IMG/VR virus record: IMGVR_UViG_3300015366_000220
DNA length: 64,000 bases
Source of the DNA: an uncultured virus (IMG/VR IMGVR_UViG_3300015366_000220)
Taxonomy: Duplodnaviria > Heunggongvirae > Uroviricota > Caudoviricetes
Reading direction: 5' to 3' (one strand)
Part shown: positions 1-8,681 of the stretch, one piece after another
How positions within the stretch are numbered: position 1 is the stretch's first letter
How the letters are laid out: every line of letters begins with the position of its first letter
The notes under the pieces: model-generated
What the model was told of the DNA's origin: nothing
Databases searched by the model: none
What the model saw: the letters and a program-made list of their open reading frames with translations, nothing else
Program-made: the position numbers and the translations under genes

Positions 1-85
1 TATGAAATTCAAAAATATCCTGTTGAGCAAAATATAAAACAATTTTATATGGCACCTTCACATTGATTCCTGTGTCTTTACTCAT
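1..85 (-). CDS. Hypothetical protein, partial (runs off the window's left edge)
   Basis: Read manually: GGAG RBS, then ATG at 85 (MSKDTGINVKVPYKIVLYFAQQDIFEFH...), open to position 1. Confidence 0.55.
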   Translation of the reverse strand, partial: MSKDTGINVKVPYKIVLYFAQQDIFEFH

Positions 86-97
86 AACAATCTCCAA

Positions 98-358
98 TCA
101 ATATTCATGGTGGATTTTCAAATAATCCACATTAAACAATCTCTCACTTGGACGATATAAGCACATTTCCCCATCCCAACCACCCATAGAAAATAGTGGA
201 TCACCTTCCATGACAGCTTTAAACATCACCCTACGACCTGTATGGTGACTATCAACATATAGCTGTCGTGGCATACCAACGAATTCGGACGACAAAACCA
301 AACATTTTTGGGTTTTGTTGTATGAGCATGTTGCCATCTTTACTGTGGGGATATTCAT
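98..358 (-). CDS. Hypothetical phage protein (86 aa)
   Basis: ORF track; tightly packed with co-oriented neighbours; no motif recognised. Confidence 0.6.
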   Translation of the reverse strand: MNIPTVKMATCSYNKTQKCLVLSSEFVGMPRQLYVDSHHTGRRVMFKAVMEGDPLFSMGGWDGEMCLYRPSERLFNVDYLKIHHEY

Positions 359-368
359 GATATATACT

Positions 369-656
369 CTAATCTTCGATGTTCATATCATAGAATGCTT
401 CGATTTCATCTTCGATACGATTTTCATCGTCACCATCCATTTTATTACGAAGCCAATCAGCCCTATAACCCTTCCTATCTAAAATGACATATTGGATATC
501 TGTATATCCATAATATTCCATGGCACTTGATGCTCTACGATTATAAGATCCGGCAATATTTTCATATTGTGTGATCATAACCTGACAAGGAATCCCATGG
601 ATTCTGGTGGAGAAGTCACCACGCTTTTTCTTTGGGGCTAATGTGTTCGTGTTCAC
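369..656 (-). CDS. Hypothetical phage protein (95 aa)
   Basis: ORF track; GTG start just after the upstream stop; no function recognised. Confidence 0.6.
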   Translation of the reverse strand: MNTNTLAPKKKRGDFSTRIHGIPCQVMITQYENIAGSYNRRASSAMEYYGYTDIQYVILDRKGYRADWLRNKMDGDDENRIEDEIEAFYDMNIED

Positions 657-660
657 GATA

Positions 661-801
661 TTATTTCCAAGGATAGTAAATTGAATCTAAATCTGCCGCA
701 TTATCCGCATATTGCGAATTGTGATTTTCGATAAATTCCAATTCATCATCGTCCGAATACTGGGGAGAATCCACCACTTGATCTTTAGTATCATCAGACA
801 T
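661..801 (-). CDS. Small highly acidic protein (46 aa), not in ORF track
   Basis: GGAGG RBS, then MSDDTKDQVVDSPQYSDDDELEFIENHNSQYADNAADLDSIYYPWK*; first ORF after the promoter at 833-860. Confidence 0.7.
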   Translation of the reverse strand: MSDDTKDQVVDSPQYSDDDELEFIENHNSQYADNAADLDSIYYPWK

Positions 802-832
802 ATATCCTCCCAACCACTTAATCTATGGCTAC

Positions 833-892
833 ATTATATAGAAATGCGGGGGAAAGTCAACAAATAAAATCGTATTTAAAACAACGACTTAC
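833..892 (-). promoter_or_regulatory. Sigma70-type early promoter with upstream IHF-like box
   Basis: Minus strand TTGACT-16-TATAAT (860-833); plus-strand AAACAACGACTTA at 879-891 has one mismatch to WATCAANNNNTTR. Confidence 0.65.
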
Positions 893-1122
893 GTGTGATA
901 TAGGGTTTTTGAATATAAAATTCCCAGAAAATAGATGATTAATAGTGCCAGAGATACCACCCACAGGCTGGCTTCCTTCATACGCACACCAGCCCAGCAC
1001 CATCCAGCATTACCAGCAAATGCCAATACAACGTTGTATGGGAATAGGTTGAGGCTGCTCAGTATGGATGCAACTATTAACAATATTGTGGATGACCATT
1101 TCAGAATAGTATCAAATTTCAT
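889..1122 (-). CDS. Small membrane protein (about 3 hydrophobic segments)
   Basis: 77 aa, mostly hydrophobic; start overlaps the dCMP deaminase stop (ATGA). Confidence 0.65.
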   Translation of the reverse strand: MKFDTILKWSSTILLIVASILSSLNLFPYNVVLAFAGNAGWCWAGVRMKEASLWVVSLALLIIYFLGILYSKTLYHT

Positions 1123-1607
1123 AATAATAACCCATCAGGCATGTTGTAGACTCGCTGTATTACGTTAGCTTCGTTCAGCATTAAATTTGCATGATCTATT
1201 GAGTAGTGTGTCCCTGCTCCCTTACCACTAAAAGCTCTGTTTGGTCCTATAATCTCCTTGATGCCAGCTTGTATCAATGCCCTTGTACAATCAGCACAAG
1301 GTCTTGGTTCAAAATTCAAATATGCTCTAGCACCACACAATCGTATTCCATGTCTAGCAGCATTGAATATTGCATTTCTTTCGGCATGTTCTACCCAATT
1401 ATATTTTTCCGGTCTTTCCCACCTAGAAGGTATAGTCTCGTCTATATCACGAGGAAATCCATTGAACCCCATAGACAACACAACATTATCATCACCCACA
1501 ATCACACAACCAACTTTAGTTGAATCATCTTTACTTTTTTGAGCAATCACTTGCGCTTGTAAAATGAACAATTGATCCCAACTAAGATTCTCACCACTAT
1601 TCATCAT
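1119..1607 (-). CDS. cd: dCMP deaminase
   Basis: HAERNAI and PCADC zinc-binding motifs, KVGCVIV, GFNGFPR; start probably MMNSGENL at 1607 rather than 1634. Confidence 0.93.
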   Translation of the reverse strand: MMNSGENLSWDQLFILQAQVIAQKSKDDSTKVGCVIVGDDNVVLSMGFNGFPRDIDETIPSRWERPEKYNWVEHAERNAIFNAARHGIRLCGARAYLNFEPRPCADCTRALIQAGIKEIIGPNRAFSGKGAGTHYSIDHANLMLNEANVIQRVYNMPDGLLL

Positions 1608-1608
1608 A

Positions 1609-2310
1609 TTAGATTTCATCCAGAAGATTACCATGAATCCATATGGATGTGTTGTTTATTGTGGCTGTCTTAATTTGATCAGCATCAAGAATATAGTTAC
1701 CATTTCCATCAAACGAGTTGATTGTTATTTCTGATTTTTCTTGTGGTTTTTGAAATGATACACCAGTACTACCAAAACCACCACTGCGTTCTGAGTATTG
1801 TGTTGGATGCTCTTTCAATTGGATGATGCTAACCAATTCATTAACGATGACTTCACCCTGTGCAATCCTATCTCCAATATTAATGTTGGTAACATTATTG
1901 CTAATATTGGTCAGCATAACAAATACTTCCTGCTGGTAGTCAACATCAATCACACCCTCTGAATTGGCTAGTACCAATCCTTTTTTCAGTGAAAGTCCTG
2001 ATCGTGGGTGTACGCGAATTGAGAACTGTCGTAGTTCTTCTTTCTCTCTGGTGATATCTGCGAATGTTTCCACACTGTGGTCTTCTCGCAATTTAAATAC
2101 CAATCCAGTAGGAATCAACAATCTGTCCCCACTGAAAATCGTCACGTTTCCGTGGAGGATGGGGCGAAGCACAGGATTATTCATACTATCGTATCCGTCA
2201 ACAAAATCCTTTGTTGGGTAGAACCCAAGATCAAAACAAGATGACATACTTGTGCCGTATGAGGGCAAAACAACTTTACTATTCAGAGCAAATACACCCA
2301 AACTAATCAT
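1609..2310 (-). CDS. dut: dUTPase (trimeric) with C-terminal extension
   Basis: IPTGL, PRSGL, GVIDVDY, GDRIAQ and RSGGFGSTG motifs. Confidence 0.92.
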   Translation of the reverse strand: MISLGVFALNSKVVLPSYGTSMSSCFDLGFYPTKDFVDGYDSMNNPVLRPILHGNVTIFSGDRLLIPTGLVFKLREDHSVETFADITREKEELRQFSIRVHPRSGLSLKKGLVLANSEGVIDVDYQQEVFVMLTNISNNVTNINIGDRIAQGEVIVNELVSIIQLKEHPTQYSERSGGFGSTGVSFQKPQEKSEITINSFDGNGNYILDADQIKTATINNTSIWIHGNLLDEI

Positions 2311-2334
2311 AACAAATCCTCCAAAATAATAAAA

Positions 2335-2733
2335 TTACTGTCTTTTCCCAATCTGATATTTTGCTACCAATTGCCAATCTGCCTTTTCTTTGAAAGAGAG
2401 AATCTTTATTTGACTTATTGGTGCAACATTATGCTTTGTTTTTTCTGGGTCAACTAGTTTAACCAATCCCCAATCAGAAATCAAATTAGCAATTGAATTT
2501 CTACGTGCAATATCGTTTTCACTTAGGTTTGATGTTTTACCATCCAATTCAAACAATTCCTTGAAGTGTACTATATAATATTTTCCTTGTTTATGGAGAA
2601 TATGACATGACTGATATAGTACGTTTTCTGTCTTTGATGGTACGCCTATTCTCGTTAATGTTTCTCTAATCTTTAAGAAATCATCTTGTTTCTCTAATAC
2701 CACTTCTACTAATTTTTCAAGCATTTCAATCAC
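2335..2733 (-). CDS. regA: RegA translational repressor
   Basis: DDFLKIRETLTRIG...LYQSCHILHKQGKYYIVHFKELF; follows gp62. Confidence 0.95.
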   Translation of the reverse strand: MIEMLEKLVEVVLEKQDDFLKIRETLTRIGVPSKTENVLYQSCHILHKQGKYYIVHFKELFELDGKTSNLSENDIARRNSIANLISDWGLVKLVDPEKTKHNVAPISQIKILSFKEKADWQLVAKYQIGKRQ

Positions 2734-3103
2734 CTTTGTATTGTTGTTCTTTTATATTGGTGATTTGTGCATCACTGAGTAATGATAAAGCCTCGTATGC
2801 CTTTGCATCAGAATATCCATAATACTCTTTGATAAACATCAAATCATTCAGATCCTTTTTATGCCACTTCGCATATGGTCTTTTGCCAGATCTTATCATA
2901 TTTAGTAAAAAATCAGCTTTCATTTTATTATCTAAATTTGGATATTTGTTTATCTCATTAGCTATCAATGCTGTATCCCTATAATAGGATAGTGCTCTAT
3001 TAACCATGAATGATGGGTATGTCCGTTCATCATGATCCGTCAGCATGAACGGTTTTTTGGTTTCTAGGATAGAAGGTATAATTTCACGAAATAAATCAGC
3101 CAT
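2726..3103 (-). CDS. 62: Clamp loader small subunit gp62
   Basis: YPSFMVNRALS...IKEYYGYSDAKAYEAL; lies between gp44 and regA. Confidence 0.9.
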   Translation of the reverse strand: MADLFREIIPSILETKKPFMLTDHDERTYPSFMVNRALSYYRDTALIANEINKYPNLDNKMKADFLLNMIRSGKRPYAKWHKKDLNDLMFIKEYYGYSDAKAYEALSLLSDAQITNIKEQQYKGD

Positions 3104-3117
3104 GATATCACCTAGTC

Positions 3118-4065
3118 CTACAGAAACTTACATTCGCACATAAGCTCAGTTAGTGCAGCAGTTAGGTTCAATTCCTGATCCGCACAGAAGGCGGCTTGGT
3201 ATTGATACCGCGCCAGAATAACAACTGCATTTGGGATAGTAGATTTGTCCATAACATCATATAGACTATCGTAAATCTTACGATACAACCTAACAGGATC
3301 ATCATTACCGTTTTCAGCAACCCATTTACGCATCTGAGTAAAGTTCTGATTCTTTAGTGCTGTAACCAATCCAGACAAAGACACATCAACCAGATTACTC
3401 AATATACCAATATCAATCGTGCCATTAACAGAGTATCTCTGTAGTTCATTAATAATACGTCGATAATCAGGAAAATGTTTATTCAGAACCTGTGCGACCA
3501 CTTCCCTATCAAATGTAATATTTTCATTTTTCAGAATAGCAGATATTCTCTTCATGAAAAGAGCAGCCATCTTTGGCCTATCATCGCCTCTCAATTTGAA
3601 ATCTATTATTGCACATCTACTCTGTAATGGCTCAATGATTCTATTGATATAGTTACATGTTAAGATGAAAGTGCAATTGTTGGCAAATTCCTCCATAGCA
3701 GCTCTCATAGCAGGTTGAGTAGAATTCGGATTTAGATAATCCGCTTCATCAATGATGATAACCTTTTTAGAATCACTGAGTAATGATAATGATGATGCAT
3801 ATTCCTTGATCTTCATTCTAAATGTGTCAATACCAGATTCATCTGAACCATTGATTACCATGTAATCACAACCAACCTCATTACACAATGCTTTTGCTAC
3901 TGTGGTTTTTCCCACACCAGCAGTTCCGGTTAGCAATAGATGTGGAATTTCTTTCCTATTGACATATCCCTGAAATGTTTTTTTGTATTCATCTGGTAGA
4001 ATGCAGTCAGCAATTATTTGTGGTCTGTATTTTTCTGTCCACAGCGATTCATTTAAATTTGTCAC
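3118..4065 (-). CDS. 44: Clamp loader ATPase subunit gp44 (RFC-like)
   Basis: WTEKYRP, GTAGVGKTT Walker A, IIIDEAD Walker B, SRC motif. Confidence 0.96.
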   Translation of the reverse strand: MTNLNESLWTEKYRPQIIADCILPDEYKKTFQGYVNRKEIPHLLLTGTAGVGKTTVAKALCNEVGCDYMVINGSDESGIDTFRMKIKEYASSLSLLSDSKKVIIIDEADYLNPNSTQPAMRAAMEEFANNCTFILTCNYINRIIEPLQSRCAIIDFKLRGDDRPKMAALFMKRISAILKNENITFDREVVAQVLNKHFPDYRRIINELQRYSVNGTIDIGILSNLVDVSLSGLVTALKNQNFTQMRKWVAENGNDDPVRLYRKIYDSLYDVMDKSTIPNAVVILARYQYQAAFCADQELNLTAALTELMCECKFL

Positions 4066-4089
4066 ATTAACCTCATTATAAAATAACGA

Positions 4090-4392
4090 TTATTTCTTTC
4101 GCCACGTAAAACCCAATACTTTATATATAAACAAAGCAAATATATTAGGTCGTTTTGTTGATGTTATTACAACCGGAACATTATCCATATCAATGTTCAA
4201 CTGTGTATAAGGTCGTACACAACTACCAAATTGTGCACCAGTAGGTAATACAATAGTATTATTGTGTGCATTAAATTGGATTATATTTGATGTGCTGCTC
4301 CTCATTGCATATGTGTTGGATTCAGAGAAATCCAAATCCAACACATTTTGCTCAGTCAGCGGGAAAAAGAATTCAAATTCTAGCTGATACAT
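4090..4392 (-). CDS. Hypothetical protein (100 aa)
   Basis: ORF fills the gap between the dsbA-like gene and gp44. Confidence 0.6.
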   Translation of the reverse strand: MYQLEFEFFFPLTEQNVLDLDFSESNTYAMRSSTSNIIQFNAHNNTIVLPTGAQFGSCVRPYTQLNIDMDNVPVVITSTKRPNIFALFIYKVLGFTWRKK

Positions 4393-4401
4393 GATCGTAT
4401 A

Positions 4402-4653
4402 TTATTCTTTAGGTACGATCTGGCTATAAATATCAGATAATTCCTCATTGGTAGCAACTTCTTCTTCAATGCTGCGCTTGTGGTAAACTTTAGCAAGCTT
4501 TCTAGAAATCTTCTTTTCCATCTCAAATTCATCATGCATTCTTTGCAGAATATCCTTGATAAGATCCCGTTCCGCTGAAATTCGAGTCAGTGATACTGAA
4601 ATTTCCTCAAGACAATTCTTAACGCCCTTCTTTTGCACATCACTCAGTCTCAT
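4402..4653 (-). CDS. T4 DsbA-like double-stranded DNA-binding protein
   Basis: EISVSLTRISAERDLIKDI...RKLAKVYHK helical pattern; GAGG RBS before the ATG at 4653. Confidence 0.7.
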   Translation of the reverse strand: MRLSDVQKKGVKNCLEEISVSLTRISAERDLIKDILQRMHDEFEMEKKISRKLAKVYHKRSIEEEVATNEELSDIYSQIVPKE

Positions 4654-4673
4654 AAACACCTCATATAATAAAA

Positions 4674-5345
4674 TTAAACAAACTTAGAATTACTCTCAAT
4701 CGCAATAAAATAAGTTATGTTGATTGTTTTATGCTTGAATCTAGCAAGACCTTTCTTTGAGATAGAAACATCATATGAACCATCAAGTAACTTGAAATTA
4801 TCCGACTTTATATTAACAACAAACTTATTACCATCACCATCACCCAACCGAATCTTCGTCGTATCTGCATCATCCTTACTTGGATCAGATGCGCTAAAAT
4901 AAATACTCTCACCATCACTCTCAAATACGAATATGGGGAGTCTTGATATATTCGCACTCTTTCGCATCCAATCAATATCATCCTGACTGATTGATAATTC
5001 ACAATCAGGACTAGGTATATTGATGGTTTTGTCTGGTGGAGATACTACCACCTTCGGTGCGGAATAGCGAATCGTATCCATCTTATTCCTATTGTTATTG
5101 GATATACTAAGATTAGTATCATTGAAATCAATGTCGGCATCCTTGTATAAGGAAATCTTAGCCAAAAGTTTATTCAAGTCATATAGGGCAAACTCTTTAG
5201 GGAAATTCTCATTCACAATTGCTTCGGCAAACACTGTGGAATTAGGTGAAATCGTCCTGATAACATTTCCCTGCTTAATCTTCAAGCCAGTATTGATCGT
5301 CGAAAAGTTTTTTAGAATCTGAATTGTATTATCTGATATTTTCAT
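4674..5345 (-). CDS. 45: Sliding clamp gp45
   Basis: MKISDNTIQILKNFSTIN...EFALYDLNKLL...YFIAIE; GAGGTGG RBS before the ATG at 5345. Confidence 0.93.
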   Translation of the reverse strand: MKISDNTIQILKNFSTINTGLKIKQGNVIRTISPNSTVFAEAIVNENFPKEFALYDLNKLLAKISLYKDADIDFNDTNLSISNNNRNKMDTIRYSAPKVVVSPPDKTINIPSPDCELSISQDDIDWMRKSANISRLPIFVFESDGESIYFSASDPSKDDADTTKIRLGDGDGNKFVVNIKSDNFKLLDGSYDVSISKKGLARFKHKTINITYFIAIESNSKFV

Positions 5346-5985
5346 TATCCACCTCATAAGAATCAACATTATTATATAATGATTTCATCACTTTATCAAC
5401 TTTTTTGGGGATATCATCAATAGCAGAATTAACAACAACAACATCTATTGGTGCTCCAATCCATGCCCATTCACTGTAATGAGCATCGGTTTCTGGTTTC
5501 ATCTGTGTCGCTTTAATATTGAAATCTAAAGCTTGATAATACCAAGAAGGATCATCACCACGTTTGATTCTGATAACCTTACCACCCATACGCTGAATGG
5601 CTTTTATCTCATTAGGGAATCGAACATCAGCTATGACATATTTTTTGTTCTCTTGCATTCTACGCTCAAGAGAATATATCCAGATGTCTGTGTGAAAAAC
5701 ATCCCTGCATGATTCTGTTCCCATCAATTGTAATGCCATTCTAGGTGAGAATTCCTTATCAAATTTCTTAGACCAAAATGCATCTGGTTGTTCTCTCCAT
5801 GCCCTAGATTGGATGGTATCACCTTCTAGTAATTTGCGATCCCATCCAAACACGACAGCAGTTGCATCTTTAACTCCATTAGCAAAGCTTTCTTTGATAT
5901 ACCCATAATCATTAACCAAGATATCAGCAAATGTTCCTTTACCCGAATTAATGAATCCACATAAACCTATAATAGGTACGCTCAT
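5329..5985 (-). CDS. 1: Deoxynucleoside monophosphate kinase (gp1-like)
   Basis: IIGLCGFINSGKGT P-loop, SFANGVKD, PRMALQLMGTE, DVRFPNE. Confidence 0.92.
   Translation of the reverse strand: MSVPIIGLCGFINSGKGTFADILVNDYGYIKESFANGVKDATAVVFGWDRKLLEGDTIQSRAWREQPDAFWSKKFDKEFSPRMALQLMGTESCRDVFHTDIWIYSLERRMQENKKYVIADVRFPNEIKAIQRMGGKVIRIKRGDDPSWYYQALDFNIKATQMKPETDAHYSEWAWIGAPIDVVVVNSAIDDIPKKVDKVMKSLYNNVDSYEVDNENIR
5371..5399 (-). promoter_or_regulatory. Sigma70-type promoter for gp45, inside the end of the dNMP kinase gene
   Basis: TTGATA-17-TATAAT on the minus strand. Confidence 0.55.
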
Positions 5986-5999
5986 ATATCACCAAAGAA

Positions 6000-6911
6000 T
6001 CAAAGTGTGCCAACATAATTTGCAATTGCTGGCATATCACCAGTAAATGCATATGTACCAACGTGCTGTGTCTTCATCCAAGGGCACAACCAGATCTTAC
6101 CACCAATGTTCCTCCACCACTGACAGAACATATAGTCTTCTGATAGGTATCTATCCGAATATACTTTACCTAAAGCAGATACATCAGAATCAATGAATTT
6201 AACAAGATCCTCGTACTTACCATCAGGATTATTCTTCATGTATGCAAGGATTTCGTTTTTGATATTGGCATGTTTGCTATCAATCACTGTATCAAAGTAC
6301 GCATGAATATAGCGTGTACCATCAAAATGCACCTGACCACCATGATCTGGCTTATATCGGAATTCAGGATATGCTTCCCTGAATTTAGAGAACACTTCAC
6401 GCTTCACCATCATCAAACCTGTTCCAAGCTCAAGAACTTCGATTGGTTCGGCAACGGAGAACTTTTCCAATCCTGGTGCTGGGTTAAACACATAATCACC
6501 AACCATCTTTTCCAGTAGACTGGAATCAATATCAGGATGGCGTTGTACTGCTTGTTTTACATTATGCCATTTGATTGATTTCTTTGGGTATGGAGCACCA
6601 ACCACATCTTTATCCAGTGCAAGCATAGCGATAATATCTTTGGGGTCGAAGTGGATATCTGCATCAATGAACAGGAGGTGTGTAAACTCTTCTGCTCTGA
6701 GAAATTCGTCTGTTAAATAATTTCTGGCTCTTGTAATGAGAGATTCGTTGAAAATAAACGATGATCGACATTCGATCCCATACTTCATACACAAGGTATT
6801 TAAGTCCATCATAGACTTCATGTACATCCCATTAGCCATACCACCATACATTGGGGTGGGCACGAATAGTCTGTTCTTCCTAACGGCTTCCAAGTTGATT
6901 TCTAAATTCAT
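6000..6911 (-). CDS. GT-A fold glycosyltransferase-like protein
   Basis: ESLITRARN, HLLFIDADI (DxD), GTGLMMVKR, YLSEDYMFC; start MNLEIN at 6911 after GGAG. Confidence 0.75.
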   Translation of the reverse strand: MNLEINLEAVRKNRLFVPTPMYGGMANGMYMKSMMDLNTLCMKYGIECRSSFIFNESLITRARNYLTDEFLRAEEFTHLLFIDADIHFDPKDIIAMLALDKDVVGAPYPKKSIKWHNVKQAVQRHPDIDSSLLEKMVGDYVFNPAPGLEKFSVAEPIEVLELGTGLMMVKREVFSKFREAYPEFRYKPDHGGQVHFDGTRYIHAYFDTVIDSKHANIKNEILAYMKNNPDGKYEDLVKFIDSDVSALGKVYSDRYLSEDYMFCQWWRNIGGKIWLCPWMKTQHVGTYAFTGDMPAIANYVGTL

Positions 6912-6927
6912 ATTATTACTCCACAAT

Positions 6928-6959
6928 AAAAAAAATGAGACAGTGCAAACCACTGTCTC
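6928..6959 (-). terminator. Rho-independent terminator
   Basis: GAGACAGTG-gtttg-CACTGTCTC stem followed by A and a T8 run on the minus strand. Confidence 0.75.
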
Positions 6960-7050
6960 TATATAGTCAATTCATACACACTTTTATTGTTATATTTTTA
7001 TTATTATTTTTTGTAGTAAGCAGATTGCTCATGTGTATGGGAGTGCTTTA

Positions 7051-7338
7051 CTAAGCTGCTCGAATTGCGTCAATGTACAGTTCCTTTCGGGCTGTAGCAA
7101 TGTTTCCCCTCTTCAAGTTACCAAGAAATTGCTTGGATGGCTTGGTCAGTTCATATGAGAAACTGATGGTTCCGTCCTTGCGCTTTGCACGAGTTGTGCG
7201 AATTGCATGACCTTCATTGCGAAGGCGATAGACGAGATCCGATGGATTGTCAACCTTAAACATAGTTTGTACTTGCTTTGTGGTAATGCTCTTACCCTTA
7301 GACAAATACTTTAACAAAGATTCAACTGCTGTTGTCAT
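7051..7338 (-). CDS. Winged helix-turn-helix DNA-binding protein
   Basis: LLKYLSKGKSITTKQVQTMFKVDNPSDLVYRLRNEGHAI pattern; basic; has its own promoter. Confidence 0.7.
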   Translation of the reverse strand: MTTAVESLLKYLSKGKSITTKQVQTMFKVDNPSDLVYRLRNEGHAIRTTRAKRKDGTISFSYELTKPSKQFLGNLKRGNIATARKELYIDAIRAA

Positions 7339-7402
7339 AGATATACCTCTTAAATTTCCCCAATCAATTCATATGAGCTTGGGGATTACTCATTTCGGTG
7401 TA

Positions 7403-7431
7403 ATTATACACCAAACACACCATTAACGCAA
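7403..7431 (-). promoter_or_regulatory. Sigma70-type promoter for the wHTH gene
   Basis: TTGCGT-17-TATAAT with TG-rich extended -10 region. Confidence 0.6.
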
Positions 7432-7432
7432 A

Positions 7433-8578
7433 TCAGAACGGAGTAACCACCTCTTCCTTATCTGTTGCGGTATTATCAGTCTTGGTTTGATTTTCCAGAT
7501 TATCAATCTTAGTATAGAAATCCAAGAAAGCGATTTTCGTATCAGTATCGAACCTGTTCAAGCAATATTCCAATGCTTTCAATTTATCACCAAAAATAAC
7601 GTATGCCGTGATAATGTGCACCAATCTACGGGTTGATACAATTTCAGTAACACCACCTTCATCGAATGTGGTGCGAATGATATTCGACCAACGAACAAGA
7701 TTCTTGATGAATGCTTTGTCGTTCTTTGTGTCAAGCTTCTTAAAATTGTTTTCCAGAATCTTCACTTCAATGTTTTCTGGTGGATATTCTTGTTCAACAG
7801 TGATGGCGAATCTTTCCAGAAATGCTTCATTCAGAACATTTGTTCCAATGAACCTACCATCATCACTACCCTTACCCTTTGTGTTTGCAGTAGCAATCAC
7901 ATTAAATCCTTTTGCTGGATGCACAACTTCACCAGTCTTCTTGTCGAAATATGGCTTCCCTTCTAGGATTGGTTGTAGGCAGAGAATATCTTCTGTACCA
8001 AGATCAGTTTCATCCAGCAGCAATACTGCACCACGTCGCATAGCAGTAATTACGGGACCTTCACGGCGAACAGTGTCACCATCAATCAGTTCATAAGAGC
8101 CAATTAGATCAGTTTCATCTGTACGTTTTGTGATATTTACACGAATGATTTCCCTACCCAAATGGGCACATGCTTGGGTGATCATCATGGTTTTTCCGTT
8201 ACCGGACATACCAGTAACATAGATAGGGTAAAATACCCCAGAAGAGATGATCTTGACCATGCTCTCATAGAACCCGAATCCAACATATGTGGGATCTGTT
8301 TCTGGAATGAAATTCTCATGGGAGACGATCTTTTTTGGCTGTAAAGCCACGACTTTATTATCAACAGAAGCGACTTGTTCTGATTCTGTATGGAGTGAAT
8401 ACATACCCCTGCCACGCTTTCGTGATTCATCTCTGAAAATGAAGTATGGCATACTCAACTTGTTTGAGTTGATGTAATCAATGATTTCCTGATTACTCAG
8501 GATATCCTTTTTATAGAAGGAAGAGAGTTTAACTAGAATTTCGGTTTGCTGAACCGGAGTGTACGTGGGTTTACGCAT
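7433..8578 (-). CDS. CobS/MoxR-like AAA+ ATPase
   Basis: GMSGNGKT Walker A, LLLDE Walker B, ATANTKGKG, NEAFLERF, STRRLVH. Confidence 0.88.
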   Translation of the reverse strand: MRKPTYTPVQQTEILVKLSSFYKKDILSNQEIIDYINSNKLSMPYFIFRDESRKRGRGMYSLHTESEQVASVDNKVVALQPKKIVSHENFIPETDPTYVGFGFYESMVKIISSGVFYPIYVTGMSGNGKTMMITQACAHLGREIIRVNITKRTDETDLIGSYELIDGDTVRREGPVITAMRRGAVLLLDETDLGTEDILCLQPILEGKPYFDKKTGEVVHPAKGFNVIATANTKGKGSDDGRFIGTNVLNEAFLERFAITVEQEYPPENIEVKILENNFKKLDTKNDKAFIKNLVRWSNIIRTTFDEGGVTEIVSTRRLVHIITAYVIFGDKLKALEYCLNRFDTDTKIAFLDFYTKIDNLENQTKTDNTATDKEEVVTPF

Positions 8579-8620
8579 ATTTCACCTTAAATAATATAGA
8601 TAATTCACAATCAAGTCAAT

Positions 8621-8681
8621 AGTATACACTTACATCAAGAAAAAATCAACATATAAAACATCAACAAAAACAACAAGTTAC
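8621..8681 (-). promoter_or_regulatory. Sigma70-type promoter with upstream IHF-like box
   Basis: TTGATT-17-TATACT (8649-8621); plus-strand AAACAACAAGTTA at 8668-8680. Confidence 0.6.
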
